From Turneriella sp. (GTDB lineage: Bacteria; Spirochaetota; Leptospiria; Turneriellales; Turneriellaceae): 64,000 nt of DNA. The notes below the pieces were generated by a model. That model did not search any database. It had not been told where the DNA came from and saw only the letters and a list, made by a program, of their open reading frames with translations. The translations under genes were made by a program, and so were the position numbers. Position 1 is the stretch's first letter. Every line of letters starts with the position of its first letter. Positions 28,644 to 37,519 of this stretch are shown piece after piece. The stretch lies in assembly GCA_965279515.1 (NCBI GenBank), contig CBDIID010000003.1, positions 736,001 through 800,000 of the forward strand. Reading direction: 5' to 3'.

Positions 28644-30086
28644 ATGTTGTCGCGCACGAGAATACTTATCTTTTCATTATTGGTCGCCAGCACCGTCTCC
28701 GCCGCGACCTTTAAAGACGCCGTCCGCTCCCTCGGCCCTGGCAATACCGGTGTCAGTGTCGCCCGCGAACTTGTGGGCCTCATGAACCTCATGAGTGAGC
28801 ATCTCACCTATGACGAAAAGGCGCGCCAGTTCTTTGTTTTCCTGAACGATGCCCTCGAAGATTTTGACTTTGCCCGCATCTACGACAGTCCCTGGCTGTC
28901 ACCGAGCACCGATAACTTTCGCAGCATCGTGCTCTCTGGTAAGAATGTCGGCCAGAGCTACCGCGTTTCGGTCGACTCTGCGGCAGCCGACAAATCGGCA
29001 CTCGGCAATGCCCGCGCCGAGTACCGCATGCGGCGTAACGAAATCGCCGGCGACAAAACCTACACGGCGCAGCTCGATTTCGACGCGGCGCTGAAAAAAT
29101 TCGACGCGCAGGCGATGGCGCGTTTTCTCGAAGGTATCCTGAAGATCCAGGACCCGGAAAATATTAAGGCTCTTCACCCGGCGGCCTCGAATGCCTTTCC
29201 TGAGTTTAAGGGCGAGACGAGAAAGGTGTTCGATCAGGCGGCGGCGGATTTCCCGCAGACCACACAGATGCTTTCGAAGTACCTCCAGTTCCGCAGCTTT
29301 GCCGAAATTAAATCAGCCGGCGGCAAAAACTATACCGATATAGCGATCCGGGGACATTTCAACATGGCAGCACTCGAAGCCGACTATCCCCAGATCCGTA
29401 AGTTCCTCAAAGACATCCGCAATCTCTTCATTCTGCAAATCTACATCGGCAATGCCAAGGGACAAAACATTGCCTCGTTCATCATCAACACGCAGACCGA
29501 AGAATTTTTTGTCGGAGCGAAAACCCAGGGCGGTAAAATTTTGCCGATGAACAAGGACGGCTCCCCCGCCTTTGCCGATGCGGTTTCATTTTCGGGGAAC
29601 AGCGACCACAAATTCTTTGTGGCATTAAACGCCTTTGTCAATGTCTATGGACTCAAGATCAACACCGGCAACATCGGCGCCTACCTGCGTTACCAGTCGA
29701 ACCTGGAAAAAATGTCATTCTTTGCGAAGATCACCAGTATCCCCGAAGGTAAAATTTCGGGCGCCTTGTTCGGCGTTTTGCCCACCTGGGTGATCGATCT
29801 GTCCATTCCGTCGGATTTACAGACGCTGATGAACAAATTCTCCCAGGTCGTGCTGAACGCCAATAATGGCGAGGGCAGCCGCGCCGAAATCGCCTGGCGC
29901 AAAAAAGGCGGCGATGCATCACTACATGCCTCAGCCTCGACCGAGTTTCTCGAAAACCGCTTTATCCGCATCGGTATGAAGATCTGGGTGAGAAAGTTCC
30001 GCCCCAGCGAAACGGTGCAGGAAGATATCCGGCTGTTTATCGGCCGCTTTACGCGGGCGATACTGGCGGATTTGTCGGGGGTTTAA
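28644..30086 (+). CDS. Exported hypothetical protein
   Basis: 480 aa with signal peptide (VSA-AT) and typical codon usage; no family recognised. Confidence 0.75.
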   Translation: MLSRTRILIFSLLVASTVSAATFKDAVRSLGPGNTGVSVARELVGLMNLMSEHLTYDEKARQFFVFLNDALEDFDFARIYDSPWLSPSTDNFRSIVLSGKNVGQSYRVSVDSAAADKSALGNARAEYRMRRNEIAGDKTYTAQLDFDAALKKFDAQAMARFLEGILKIQDPENIKALHPAASNAFPEFKGETRKVFDQAAADFPQTTQMLSKYLQFRSFAEIKSAGGKNYTDIAIRGHFNMAALEADYPQIRKFLKDIRNLFILQIYIGNAKGQNIASFIINTQTEEFFVGAKTQGGKILPMNKDGSPAFADAVSFSGNSDHKFFVALNAFVNVYGLKINTGNIGAYLRYQSNLEKMSFFAKITSIPEGKISGALFGVLPTWVIDLSIPSDLQTLMNKFSQVVLNANNGEGSRAEIAWRKKGGDASLHASASTEFLENRFIRIGMKIWVRKFRPSETVQEDIRLFIGRFTRAILADLSGV

Positions 30087-31122
30087 TCTTCTTGGAAAAC
30101 CAAGCATCCCCGCTCTGCGCATTCGCCCGACGCAGCGCGCGACGTTCCTCAACGGGTTTCAGGCTGATCTCGCGGCACGCTTCGCTGCAGCAGTTATTCA
30201 GGCGTTGACCGCAAGCTTCGCACTGGATCATCAGCACATGACAGCCTTCGTTGGCGCAGTTGAGCTGCCGGTCTGACGCGGCGCCGCAGATATGGCATTT
30301 CGATAAAATATCGGGGGTGATGCGTTCGCCGAGACGCTCGTCGAAGACAAAATTCTTACCCTTAAACTTCGACGGCAGGTTTTCTTCTTTCACGGCATGC
30401 GCATAGTTAATGACGCCGCCTAAAAGCTGGTATACGTTATTAAAACCCTGGTCCCTGAGATACGCGCCGGCTTTTTCACAGCGAATGCCGCCGGTGCAGT
30501 AGATGAGAATCTTCTCATCTTTTTTGTCCTTCAGCATGTCGGCAACGACCGGCAGCTCTTCGCGGAAGGTCGGCACATCGGGGCAGATGGCGTTCTCAAA
30601 ACGCCCTACCTCGCTCTCATAGTGGTTGCGCATATCGACGATCAGCGTACCGGGCTCATCGAGCGCCGCATTGAATTCGGCGGGTGTCAGGTGCGGGGCT
30701 TCTTTTTCCGGTGTGAGGGAGAAATCGCCCAGGCCGTCGTTCACAATGTAACGCTTTACCTTGATGGTCAGCTTAATGAACGAGTCGCCGTTGTCTTCAA
30801 CACCGGGGTTAAAGCGCAGGTTTTGAAAACCGGGAATGGCATTCAGGCCAGCCTTGAATTTTTCGAGGTTTTCGAGGGGCACTGCCAGCTGTGCGTTGAT
30901 GCCTTCGTGCGCCAGATAGATGCGCCCCAATACACCCAGGGCATTCCACTCTTTATAGAGCGCGTCGCGCAGTTCGTGTGGATTATCAATGCGTGTATAA
31001 CGATAGAAAGAAAACGTGCGCCGCTCAACAGGCCCGGCTTCTTTTAGCTTTTTTTCGAGATCCTGACGGCTATAGCGGTTATGCAGCATTTCAACTCTGT
31101 GCTCGTTGCGGTGGCGGGCCAT
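30049..31122 (-). CDS. trhO: tRNA uridine(34) hydroxylase TrhO (YceA, rhodanese domain)
   Basis: GRIYLAHEGINAQ, DMRNHYESEVGRF, YCTGGIRCEKA, FVFDERL, Cys-rich tail. Confidence 0.93.
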   Translation of the reverse strand: MARHRNEHRVEMLHNRYSRQDLEKKLKEAGPVERRTFSFYRYTRIDNPHELRDALYKEWNALGVLGRIYLAHEGINAQLAVPLENLEKFKAGLNAIPGFQNLRFNPGVEDNGDSFIKLTIKVKRYIVNDGLGDFSLTPEKEAPHLTPAEFNAALDEPGTLIVDMRNHYESEVGRFENAICPDVPTFREELPVVADMLKDKKDEKILIYCTGGIRCEKAGAYLRDQGFNNVYQLLGGVINYAHAVKEENLPSKFKGKNFVFDERLGERITPDILSKCHICGAASDRQLNCANEGCHVLMIQCEACGQRLNNCCSEACREISLKPVEERRALRRANAQSGDAWFSKKIKPPTNPPVSPA

Positions 31123-31123
31123 C

Positions 31124-32044
31124 TTATTTCACCGCCCTGCTATTCATTCTGCTGAAAATCGCCGCCAGCACACTGCCGATAAGACTATGCATCAATGAGG
31201 AAATTGCACACGGCACGGCTGCGAGCGCCCCCAAATGTTTGGTCGCCAGCACCACCCCCAGACCCGAGTTCTGCATGCCGACTTCGATGGAAATCGTCTG
31301 CGCCTGCACTGGCCGAATGCGAATGAGCCGGGCAAAGACATAACCAAACAGGAAACCGCCGGCGTGCAGGGTAAAAACCGCCGCCACAATCAGCCATCCG
31401 CCTTTGAGAATATTTTCACGCGACTGACCGATGATGGAGGCGACAATCAGCGTAATCGAAAGCACGGCGAGAAAATTCGCCGACGTCTCGAGCTTTTGCG
31501 CCAGGGAGGGTATGAGTTTTTTCGCCAGGAGCGCCATCGCAATCGGCAATAATATAACAATCGCCGTAGACAAAGTCATGGAAATTGCGTCGACCGGCAC
31601 GCGCGCGCCGATGAGCCATGCCGAAAGCGCCGGCGTCACAATGGCGGCGGCAATCGTCGAGCACGCAGTCATTGTCACCGAAAGCGGTACATCCGCCTTG
31701 GCGAGATAGGTGATGACGTTCGAGGCCGTTCCGCCGGGACAGCAGGCGACGAGAATGAGCCCGGCGGCGATTTCTTTGGGGAGGGCAAAAATCTCTGCAG
31801 TGAAAAACCCCATCGCGGGCATCACGGTGTACTGCAAAATGAAACCCGCAAAAACCGGCAGTGGATTTTTGCCGACGCGGCGAAAATCATCGAGCGTGAG
31901 CGAGAGGCCAGTGAAAAACATAATCGCGGCCAACGCGATTTTTATGTAAAGCGGGCCGAACCACGTAAAAATCGCCGGTTCAACGAGTGCAACAGCGCTC
32001 GCCAAACCAGCGATTATGGGAAAAAGTTGGGTTAGCCGATTCAC
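31124..32044 (-). CDS. Bile acid:sodium symporter family transporter (PanS-like)
   Basis: QYTVMP, ACCPGGTASNVITYLAK, ISIEVGMQNSGLG. Confidence 0.92.
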   Translation of the reverse strand: MNRLTQLFPIIAGLASAVALVEPAIFTWFGPLYIKIALAAIMFFTGLSLTLDDFRRVGKNPLPVFAGFILQYTVMPAMGFFTAEIFALPKEIAAGLILVACCPGGTASNVITYLAKADVPLSVTMTACSTIAAAIVTPALSAWLIGARVPVDAISMTLSTAIVILLPIAMALLAKKLIPSLAQKLETSANFLAVLSITLIVASIIGQSRENILKGGWLIVAAVFTLHAGGFLFGYVFARLIRIRPVQAQTISIEVGMQNSGLGVVLATKHLGALAAVPCAISSLMHSLIGSVLAAIFSRMNSRAVK

Positions 32045-33210
32045 CCTGGAGGGTGCAGGTCGCGCGCTCCCTCGTAAATCACACGCGGGCGGAACAGGCG
32101 GTTGTTTTCGTGCTGCTCGATATGGTGCGACACGAGGCCGGCCAGGCGCGAGCAGAGGAAGATCGGCGTATAGAGGTCGATCGGCACGTTGATGAGATAA
32201 TAGAGCAGCGCGATCGGATAGTCGGCGTTGGGGTAAAGGCCCTTCTCGCGCGCCATCGTCTTTTCAATCGTCTGGTAGATGGAATAGAGATCTTTGCCAT
32301 CGGGGCGCTGGTCTACCAGTTTCGGGATATAGTCTTTCATGAGAAAGGCACGCGGGTCATACTTCTTCATGTACACGCGGTGGCCAAAACCCATGATCTT
32401 GTCTTTACGCGTGAGTTTGCCCATGATATAGCTTTCGGCAGTCGACGGGCCGCCGGTCTTATTGACCTCGAGGAACATCTGCATCGCCGCTTCGTTCGCG
32501 CCGCCATGGAGGGGGCCTTTTAAAGAGGCAACTGCCGCTGCACATGAACCGTAGATATCGGAGAGCGTTGAGCTCACGACGCGTACGGCAAAGGTTGAGT
32601 TAGGCATCTCATGCTCGATATAGGTTGTGAGAATTTTGTCGAGCGTGTCGGTTTCGACCGCAGTGGGTTTAGAGCCCTTAATCATGTGGACAAAGTTCTC
32701 TGAATAACCCAGCGATTTATCCGGCTTCACAAAGGGCAAACCATTGATAGCGCGGTAGCTGTTCACAGCGATTGTGGGCGCTTTTGCGAGAATTTTGAGG
32801 GCTTTTTCTTCGTTTGTTTTCGTCGACGTGTCCATCAGGAAGTCGTGTTCTTCGTAGCCGCCGAGAATAGAGATACCGGTGCGGAGTGCATCCATTGCCT
32901 GCGTCTTCTTCGGCAGCAGCTTGAAGATTTCATACATTTCATTGGGAATCTCGGCCTGGTCCATGAGCTTTTGCTCGAAGGCCTTGGCTTCAGCATCTGA
33001 TGGGAATTTGTTGTAAATCAGCAGGTAAGCGACTTTAATGTATGAGGTCTTTTGGATCAGTTCGATGAGGTCGTAACCCCGAACGACGATCTGTTCTTTC
33101 GCTTCGTCGAGCAAGGAGAGTTTGGTGATACAGGCGATGACGCCGTCAAGGCCTGGTTTATAATCCGCGTGTTCGTTTGCCATAAGGCGCATAAATGGAT
33201 TTTGAGTCAT
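32041..33210 (-). CDS. Citrate / 2-methylcitrate synthase
   Basis: YKPGLDGV, EHEMPNSTF, LKGPLHGGANE, GFGHRVY, YPNAD, LFRPR. The true start may be ATG 33183. Confidence 0.92.
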   Translation of the reverse strand: MTQNPFMRLMANEHADYKPGLDGVIACITKLSLLDEAKEQIVVRGYDLIELIQKTSYIKVAYLLIYNKFPSDAEAKAFEQKLMDQAEIPNEMYEIFKLLPKKTQAMDALRTGISILGGYEEHDFLMDTSTKTNEEKALKILAKAPTIAVNSYRAINGLPFVKPDKSLGYSENFVHMIKGSKPTAVETDTLDKILTTYIEHEMPNSTFAVRVVSSTLSDIYGSCAAAVASLKGPLHGGANEAAMQMFLEVNKTGGPSTAESYIMGKLTRKDKIMGFGHRVYMKKYDPRAFLMKDYIPKLVDQRPDGKDLYSIYQTIEKTMAREKGLYPNADYPIALLYYLINVPIDLYTPIFLCSRLAGLVSHHIEQHENNRLFRPRVIYEGARDLHPPG

Positions 33211-33301
33211 ACCGACTACTTTTTTGAGGCCATCCCCCCGATAAAGAGTTTACATCGCCGCGCAACGGCAGATTTAAATCCATGTTAGAGGAGGTCTTCC
33301 C

Positions 33302-34363
33302 ATAGCCGTTTCCGCGCAAGCGGGCCGCACCCTGATACTTCAGGATTGGTATGCGGAGAATGATCTCATTAACCCGACGCTCTTCGCCCTGCTCGAACTC
33401 TTCCCCCGCGCCGATGTCGGCTTCCTGAAGAACTTTGAAACGGCGCTGCCCATGCACCTGGCCGACCACCATGTCAGCTTCTTTGCCTCGCGCCTGACAC
33501 GGAAAAGCCTCGATGATTTGCAGAGCCTGATCGAGGTCGAGGCGCAGATTCCATGGCAAGACTATGACCTCGTCATCGCCAATACCCGGGGGTACCTGCG
33601 CCACCTGCGGCGGAGTCTCACGGGATCCACACGCTTTATTGTCTACCAGCACGACCTGTTACCTTTCCTGTGGCGGGCCGATGTCGAAGCGCTGAACGTG
33701 GCAGAATCGGCGGCGCTGCTGAGAAACCAGGAAATTGACCTGGAATTCGGCGCGGGGATCAACCTCACCATTGCAGCAAATTTTGCCCTCCGCAATACTC
33801 TCGCCGCGATGCTGAAACGCGATGTGCTGCTTGCCTACCCGCTCATTGACCAAAGCCTGTTTTTCCCCGAAGCGGATGTTCTGCCGGAATACTTTCTTGC
33901 CACCGACGCCGTCGACGTGCAGAAGCTGGTGCACCTGATGTCCTGCGTCTCCGATAAACTCGTGGTTCTGGGGGAATCCAAACCGGATAAACTCCTGCGC
34001 GAGCTGAAGCCCGATAATATCTTTTATACCGGAAAACTCGGCATCTATGACCAGGCATACTATGTCGCCGGTGCCAAGGCACTCATCTGCGGCGAGACCA
34101 AGAGCCTCACCCACCTGCCCCTCGCCGCGCTCAAATCAGGCATCCCGCTCATCTGCCATCCCTCGCAGGGCATGCAGGAATTTCTTTCAGACGGGGAGAT
34201 CGGCTGCGAACTCGAAACCGCATCGTCCGATGAAATTCTCGGCTATATCCGTAAATACCGCAAAGAGAAAAGCGATCGTGAAAAAATCGCCGCTTCCATC
34301 GACTGGCTCAACAAGGAATATTTCATGCGCCGTATGCGCAAGGCGTTCGAAAAGGAAAAATAA
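33302..34363 (+). CDS. Degenerate glycosyltransferase family 4-like protein, probable ATA start
   Basis: The frame upstream of the first ATG (33452) encodes RTLILQDW...LLELFPRADV, a GT4 N-terminal pattern. SD AGGAGGT lies 6 nt before an in-frame ATA at 33302. C-terminal ALKSGIPLI. Confidence 0.65.
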   Translation: MAVSAQAGRTLILQDWYAENDLINPTLFALLELFPRADVGFLKNFETALPMHLADHHVSFFASRLTRKSLDDLQSLIEVEAQIPWQDYDLVIANTRGYLRHLRRSLTGSTRFIVYQHDLLPFLWRADVEALNVAESAALLRNQEIDLEFGAGINLTIAANFALRNTLAAMLKRDVLLAYPLIDQSLFFPEADVLPEYFLATDAVDVQKLVHLMSCVSDKLVVLGESKPDKLLRELKPDNIFYTGKLGIYDQAYYVAGAKALICGETKSLTHLPLAALKSGIPLICHPSQGMQEFLSDGEIGCELETASSDEILGYIRKYRKEKSDREKIAASIDWLNKEYFMRRMRKAFEKEK

Positions 34364-34368
34364 GCGGC

Positions 34369-35604
34369 GTGCGCATTCTGCCGATCATCGCGGCGTCGAT
34401 TATACTGACCACCATCGACGCTGGCCTTTTTGCCGAAGGTAATCCTACGCTGCGCCGCATCAGCATCACGGGGCTTAAACGCACAAACGACCAGGTCATT
34501 TTGCAATACGTCGACGCCAAAGAAGGCGACGCAGCAGACAAAATCGATACCGAGAAGCTGCGGGTTTTTCTCGAGCGCCTGCGCATCTTCTCCAGGGTGG
34601 ATGTACACCTGGGTGAAGCCGACGGCACGGCGTGCAGCAAGGATTGTGTCCTGACGATCGCCGTCCGGGAAAAGTGGAGCCTCTATCCGATACCCGTCTA
34701 TGTCAAATACCGCGATACCGAAATCGGCGGCGCTTTCCTGGTGGAATCGAACTTCATGGGCGAGAACAAGGGTTTGGCAGCCGGGGCGCTGCTCTCCAAC
34801 CGCGGCTGGCAGGCACTCTTTGGTTATACCGACCCGCATATCCGCTATAGTCGAATCTCCACAACGATGCGCTATCTCACCGGCCGGGTTTTTATTGAAG
34901 ATGCAACGCCCAAAGGGGAGATTCTGCGCAGCTATACGCTAATGCGCCACGACTTCCAGTCAGCCACGGGTTATAACTGGCGCAGCGGCTTCTTTTTGGG
35001 TGTGCTTGCCGGCTACCGTTCCGCCGAAGTTCTCGACCGCGCATGGATCCAGAGCGCAAGTGTCATGAATGTGGGAGTCCGCCTGAAATATTCTTCCGTT
35101 ACGCCCACAGATTTTTTCCAGACAGGGTTCGAAACGACGTTTGACAGCGAAAAGGGCATCGCCTTTTCCGGCGATAATCTGCACACGGTTTCGAGCGCGA
35201 GCGCCCTGCACGTGAAGACCTTCAAACAGCAGTTTGTGAGCTTCCTGTTTTCTTTTCAGTATTCTCACTATCCTGAACCCCTGGAACAGCGCCTCGGCGG
35301 CTGGCAGGGTACGCGCACATTGCCGGCGCTGCTCATACCTGCAGATAAGTTCACCGTGGGTGCTATCAATTACCAGGTCGCCTTGCTGCAGTTTTCATGG
35401 GCCACCTTCGCGGGACTCGCCTTCTTCGACGCCGGAACCGCGCGGCGCGACGGCGAAACACCGATTACGTTTTACGGACCCGGCGCCGGTGTGCGCATGT
35501 ACCTCACCGAAATCACCATCCCCGCGTTCGGCGTCGACATCGCCCGTGACATACCCAGCGAACAGATTCAAGTAAGTTTTTTCATTGGTTACAATCTGCA
35601 ATGA
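34369..35604 (+). CDS. Omp85/BamA-TamA superfamily protein (single POTRA plus barrel)
   Basis: ISITGLKRTNDQVI POTRA, FSRVDV, VREKWSLYP, ESNFMGENK, FFDAG, GAGVR. Confidence 0.82.
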   Translation: MRILPIIAASIILTTIDAGLFAEGNPTLRRISITGLKRTNDQVILQYVDAKEGDAADKIDTEKLRVFLERLRIFSRVDVHLGEADGTACSKDCVLTIAVREKWSLYPIPVYVKYRDTEIGGAFLVESNFMGENKGLAAGALLSNRGWQALFGYTDPHIRYSRISTTMRYLTGRVFIEDATPKGEILRSYTLMRHDFQSATGYNWRSGFFLGVLAGYRSAEVLDRAWIQSASVMNVGVRLKYSSVTPTDFFQTGFETTFDSEKGIAFSGDNLHTVSSASALHVKTFKQQFVSFLFSFQYSHYPEPLEQRLGGWQGTRTLPALLIPADKFTVGAINYQVALLQFSWATFAGLAFFDAGTARRDGETPITFYGPGAGVRMYLTEITIPAFGVDIARDIPSEQIQVSFFIGYNLQ

Positions 35605-36314
35605 AACCGGGTGTGCTTATTATTACCGGCGAAGCGGCGAAATATGGCAGCGGCCACAGCATGCGCATGCACGAGGTCGCACTCGAGCTCAAAAAGAGAA
35701 AGATCGACGTGCAGAAACTCTGCATCGCCGCCGACAGCGCCGTCGACGTACCGCTGCCCTTTTCTGTCGTCATTCTCGACCGGCGCGACACCGCATTTAA
35801 TCCCCCGCTCTTAGACCTGCAGGTCGCGAAAATTGCTGTGGATAACCGGGGAGCCGGTCGCAATGAAGCCGACACAGTGGCCGATCTTTTACCGCACCCC
35901 GAAATGGATAAAAAGGAATACGCCGCTGCGCTCGGAAATATCATTCTCTCCCCGGAGATTTCGGCCTTACCCTCAAGAACCGCGGCCAGCCGGATTACCC
36001 TCCACAACACCGCAGAAGAAGCGATCGCCGCTGCGGATTTTGTGCCGGGTAAAGAGCGGCTTTCGCCGCGTGAATTTATCCGGCAGCTTGCCGCCTCACA
36101 ACGTCCCGCGCTCTATTTCGGGCAGGCATTGTTCGAGGCGCTCTATCTCGGCCTCGATGTTCAACTTTACCCTGTGAGTGAATACCACAAGAAGCTCGCG
36201 GTGGATTTATTCTCGCGGCAGCTGATCGAGCCCGGTTTACTGGCGGCTCTCGACGGCAAGGGGCTCGGGCGTTTCACCGACCTGGTACAGAATATTTTAA
36301 AAAAGGCGGATTGA
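35601..36314 (+). CDS. SpsG/PseG-like glycosyltransferase-fold protein (short)
   Basis: N-terminal GSGHSMR (cf. GxGHxxR of PseG/SpsG), FGQALFEALYLG, DGKGLGR. Confidence 0.55.
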   Translation: MKPGVLIITGEAAKYGSGHSMRMHEVALELKKRKIDVQKLCIAADSAVDVPLPFSVVILDRRDTAFNPPLLDLQVAKIAVDNRGAGRNEADTVADLLPHPEMDKKEYAAALGNIILSPEISALPSRTAASRITLHNTAEEAIAAADFVPGKERLSPREFIRQLAASQRPALYFGQALFEALYLGLDVQLYPVSEYHKKLAVDLFSRQLIEPGLLAALDGKGLGRFTDLVQNILKKAD

Positions 36315-36315
36315 A

Positions 36316-37359
36316 ATGTTTCGACGGATTGTTTTTACGATAACGCTGTTTATCCCCGCCCTGTTCGCGGGCTTCGAGGCCAAAGAAAAGGGCAAGACGA
36401 TCACCATCAAGGCGGTGGGCGACATGGTACCGGGCACGCTCTACCCGGAACGCCGGGTACCGGAGAAGCCGTATGAAACCATCTTTGCGCCGATCCAGGA
36501 ATATCTTTCCGGCGCGGATGTCCTGTTCGGAAATTTTGAAAGCACGCTGACGAATTTCCCCAAAACTTCGAAGAACACATCTTCGAAACATGTCTTCGCC
36601 TTCCGCACGCCGCCCGAAACAGCGGCTGTCTTAAAGCGCGCGGGTTTTCATGTATTAAGTACCGCAAACAACCACTCGGGCGATTTCGGCACGCGTGGCT
36701 TCGACGATACGATGGCCAATCTCAAGGCGCAGGGCATCACCGCCATCGGCCGCAAGGGACAGATCGCCTATAAGACAATCTCGGGTGTTGATTTTGCCTT
36801 TATTCCATTCAGCTACCTGCGCGCGCACAGCAATGTCAAAGATTTAGACGGCATGCGCGAGCTGGTGCGCACGGCGCGCGAAAAGGCCGCTGTCGTGGTC
36901 ATCTCATGCCACTGGGGCGGCGAGGGTGAAAAATTCCTGCATACAAAAAACGAAACGGAAATGTTCTATGGCGAAAACCGCGGCAACCTGATTGCCTTTT
37001 CTCATGCGGCAGTCGATGCCGGGGCCGACCTGATTTTAGGTCACGGCCCGCACGTGGTGCGCGCGCTCGAACTTTATAAGAACCGCCTGATTGTCTATTC
37101 GTTGGGCAACTTTATCGGCTATGGCGCATTGTCTTCCAAAGGCAAAACGGGATTATCCCTCGTGCTGACGGTGAAAGTCGATGGCGAGGGAAAATTTCTG
37201 GGCGGCAAAATCACGCCGATGAACATGCCCGAAAAATCGCTGCCGCGCTATGATGCGTCGGGTAAGACGATTGAACTGATGCGCAGCCTCACCGAGGCGG
37301 ATTTTCCGCGGACCAAGCTGCAAATCAGTGATGATGGCTCCATAACGGTGACAAAGTAG
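36316..37359 (+). CDS. CapA family (PGA_cap) metallophosphatase-fold protein
   Basis: VGDMV, GNFES, TANNHSGDFG, SCHWGGE, GHGPHVVR, YSLGNF. Confidence 0.92.
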   Translation: MFRRIVFTITLFIPALFAGFEAKEKGKTITIKAVGDMVPGTLYPERRVPEKPYETIFAPIQEYLSGADVLFGNFESTLTNFPKTSKNTSSKHVFAFRTPPETAAVLKRAGFHVLSTANNHSGDFGTRGFDDTMANLKAQGITAIGRKGQIAYKTISGVDFAFIPFSYLRAHSNVKDLDGMRELVRTAREKAAVVVISCHWGGEGEKFLHTKNETEMFYGENRGNLIAFSHAAVDAGADLILGHGPHVVRALELYKNRLIVYSLGNFIGYGALSSKGKTGLSLVLTVKVDGEGKFLGGKITPMNMPEKSLPRYDASGKTIELMRSLTEADFPRTKLQISDDGSITVTK

Positions 37360-37371
37360 GCTTTTGCCGTG

Positions 37372-37519
37372 GGGTTCTTACCAATGCCGCAAGCAACCGC
37401 AAGCCTCGCACTTTGCTGCGCAAAGTGCTGCTAAAGCGGCCGGCGATTTGATTACAAATCGCCTTGCCTGCTCGCGGTTGCTTTTTGCCTACGGCAAATC
37501 CGCGGCTTGGTTCGAACCC
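37372..37519. other. Highly structured intergenic element (nested multi-branched inverted repeats; ncRNA or MITE/REP-like)
   Basis: Three nested outer stems enclose three perfect hairpins and fill the gap between the convergent capA and clpB genes. Confidence 0.7.

Noticed and set aside
30049..30086. 38-bp convergent overlap between trhO and a hypothetical gene
   Set aside because: Short tail overlaps are common in this compact genome, and the overlapping trhO residues lie beyond the conserved domains.
33158..33652. 164-aa minus-strand ORF upstream of the citrate synthase
   Set aside because: It overlaps the extended glycosyltransferase-like gene and the synthase start, and has no recognisable features.
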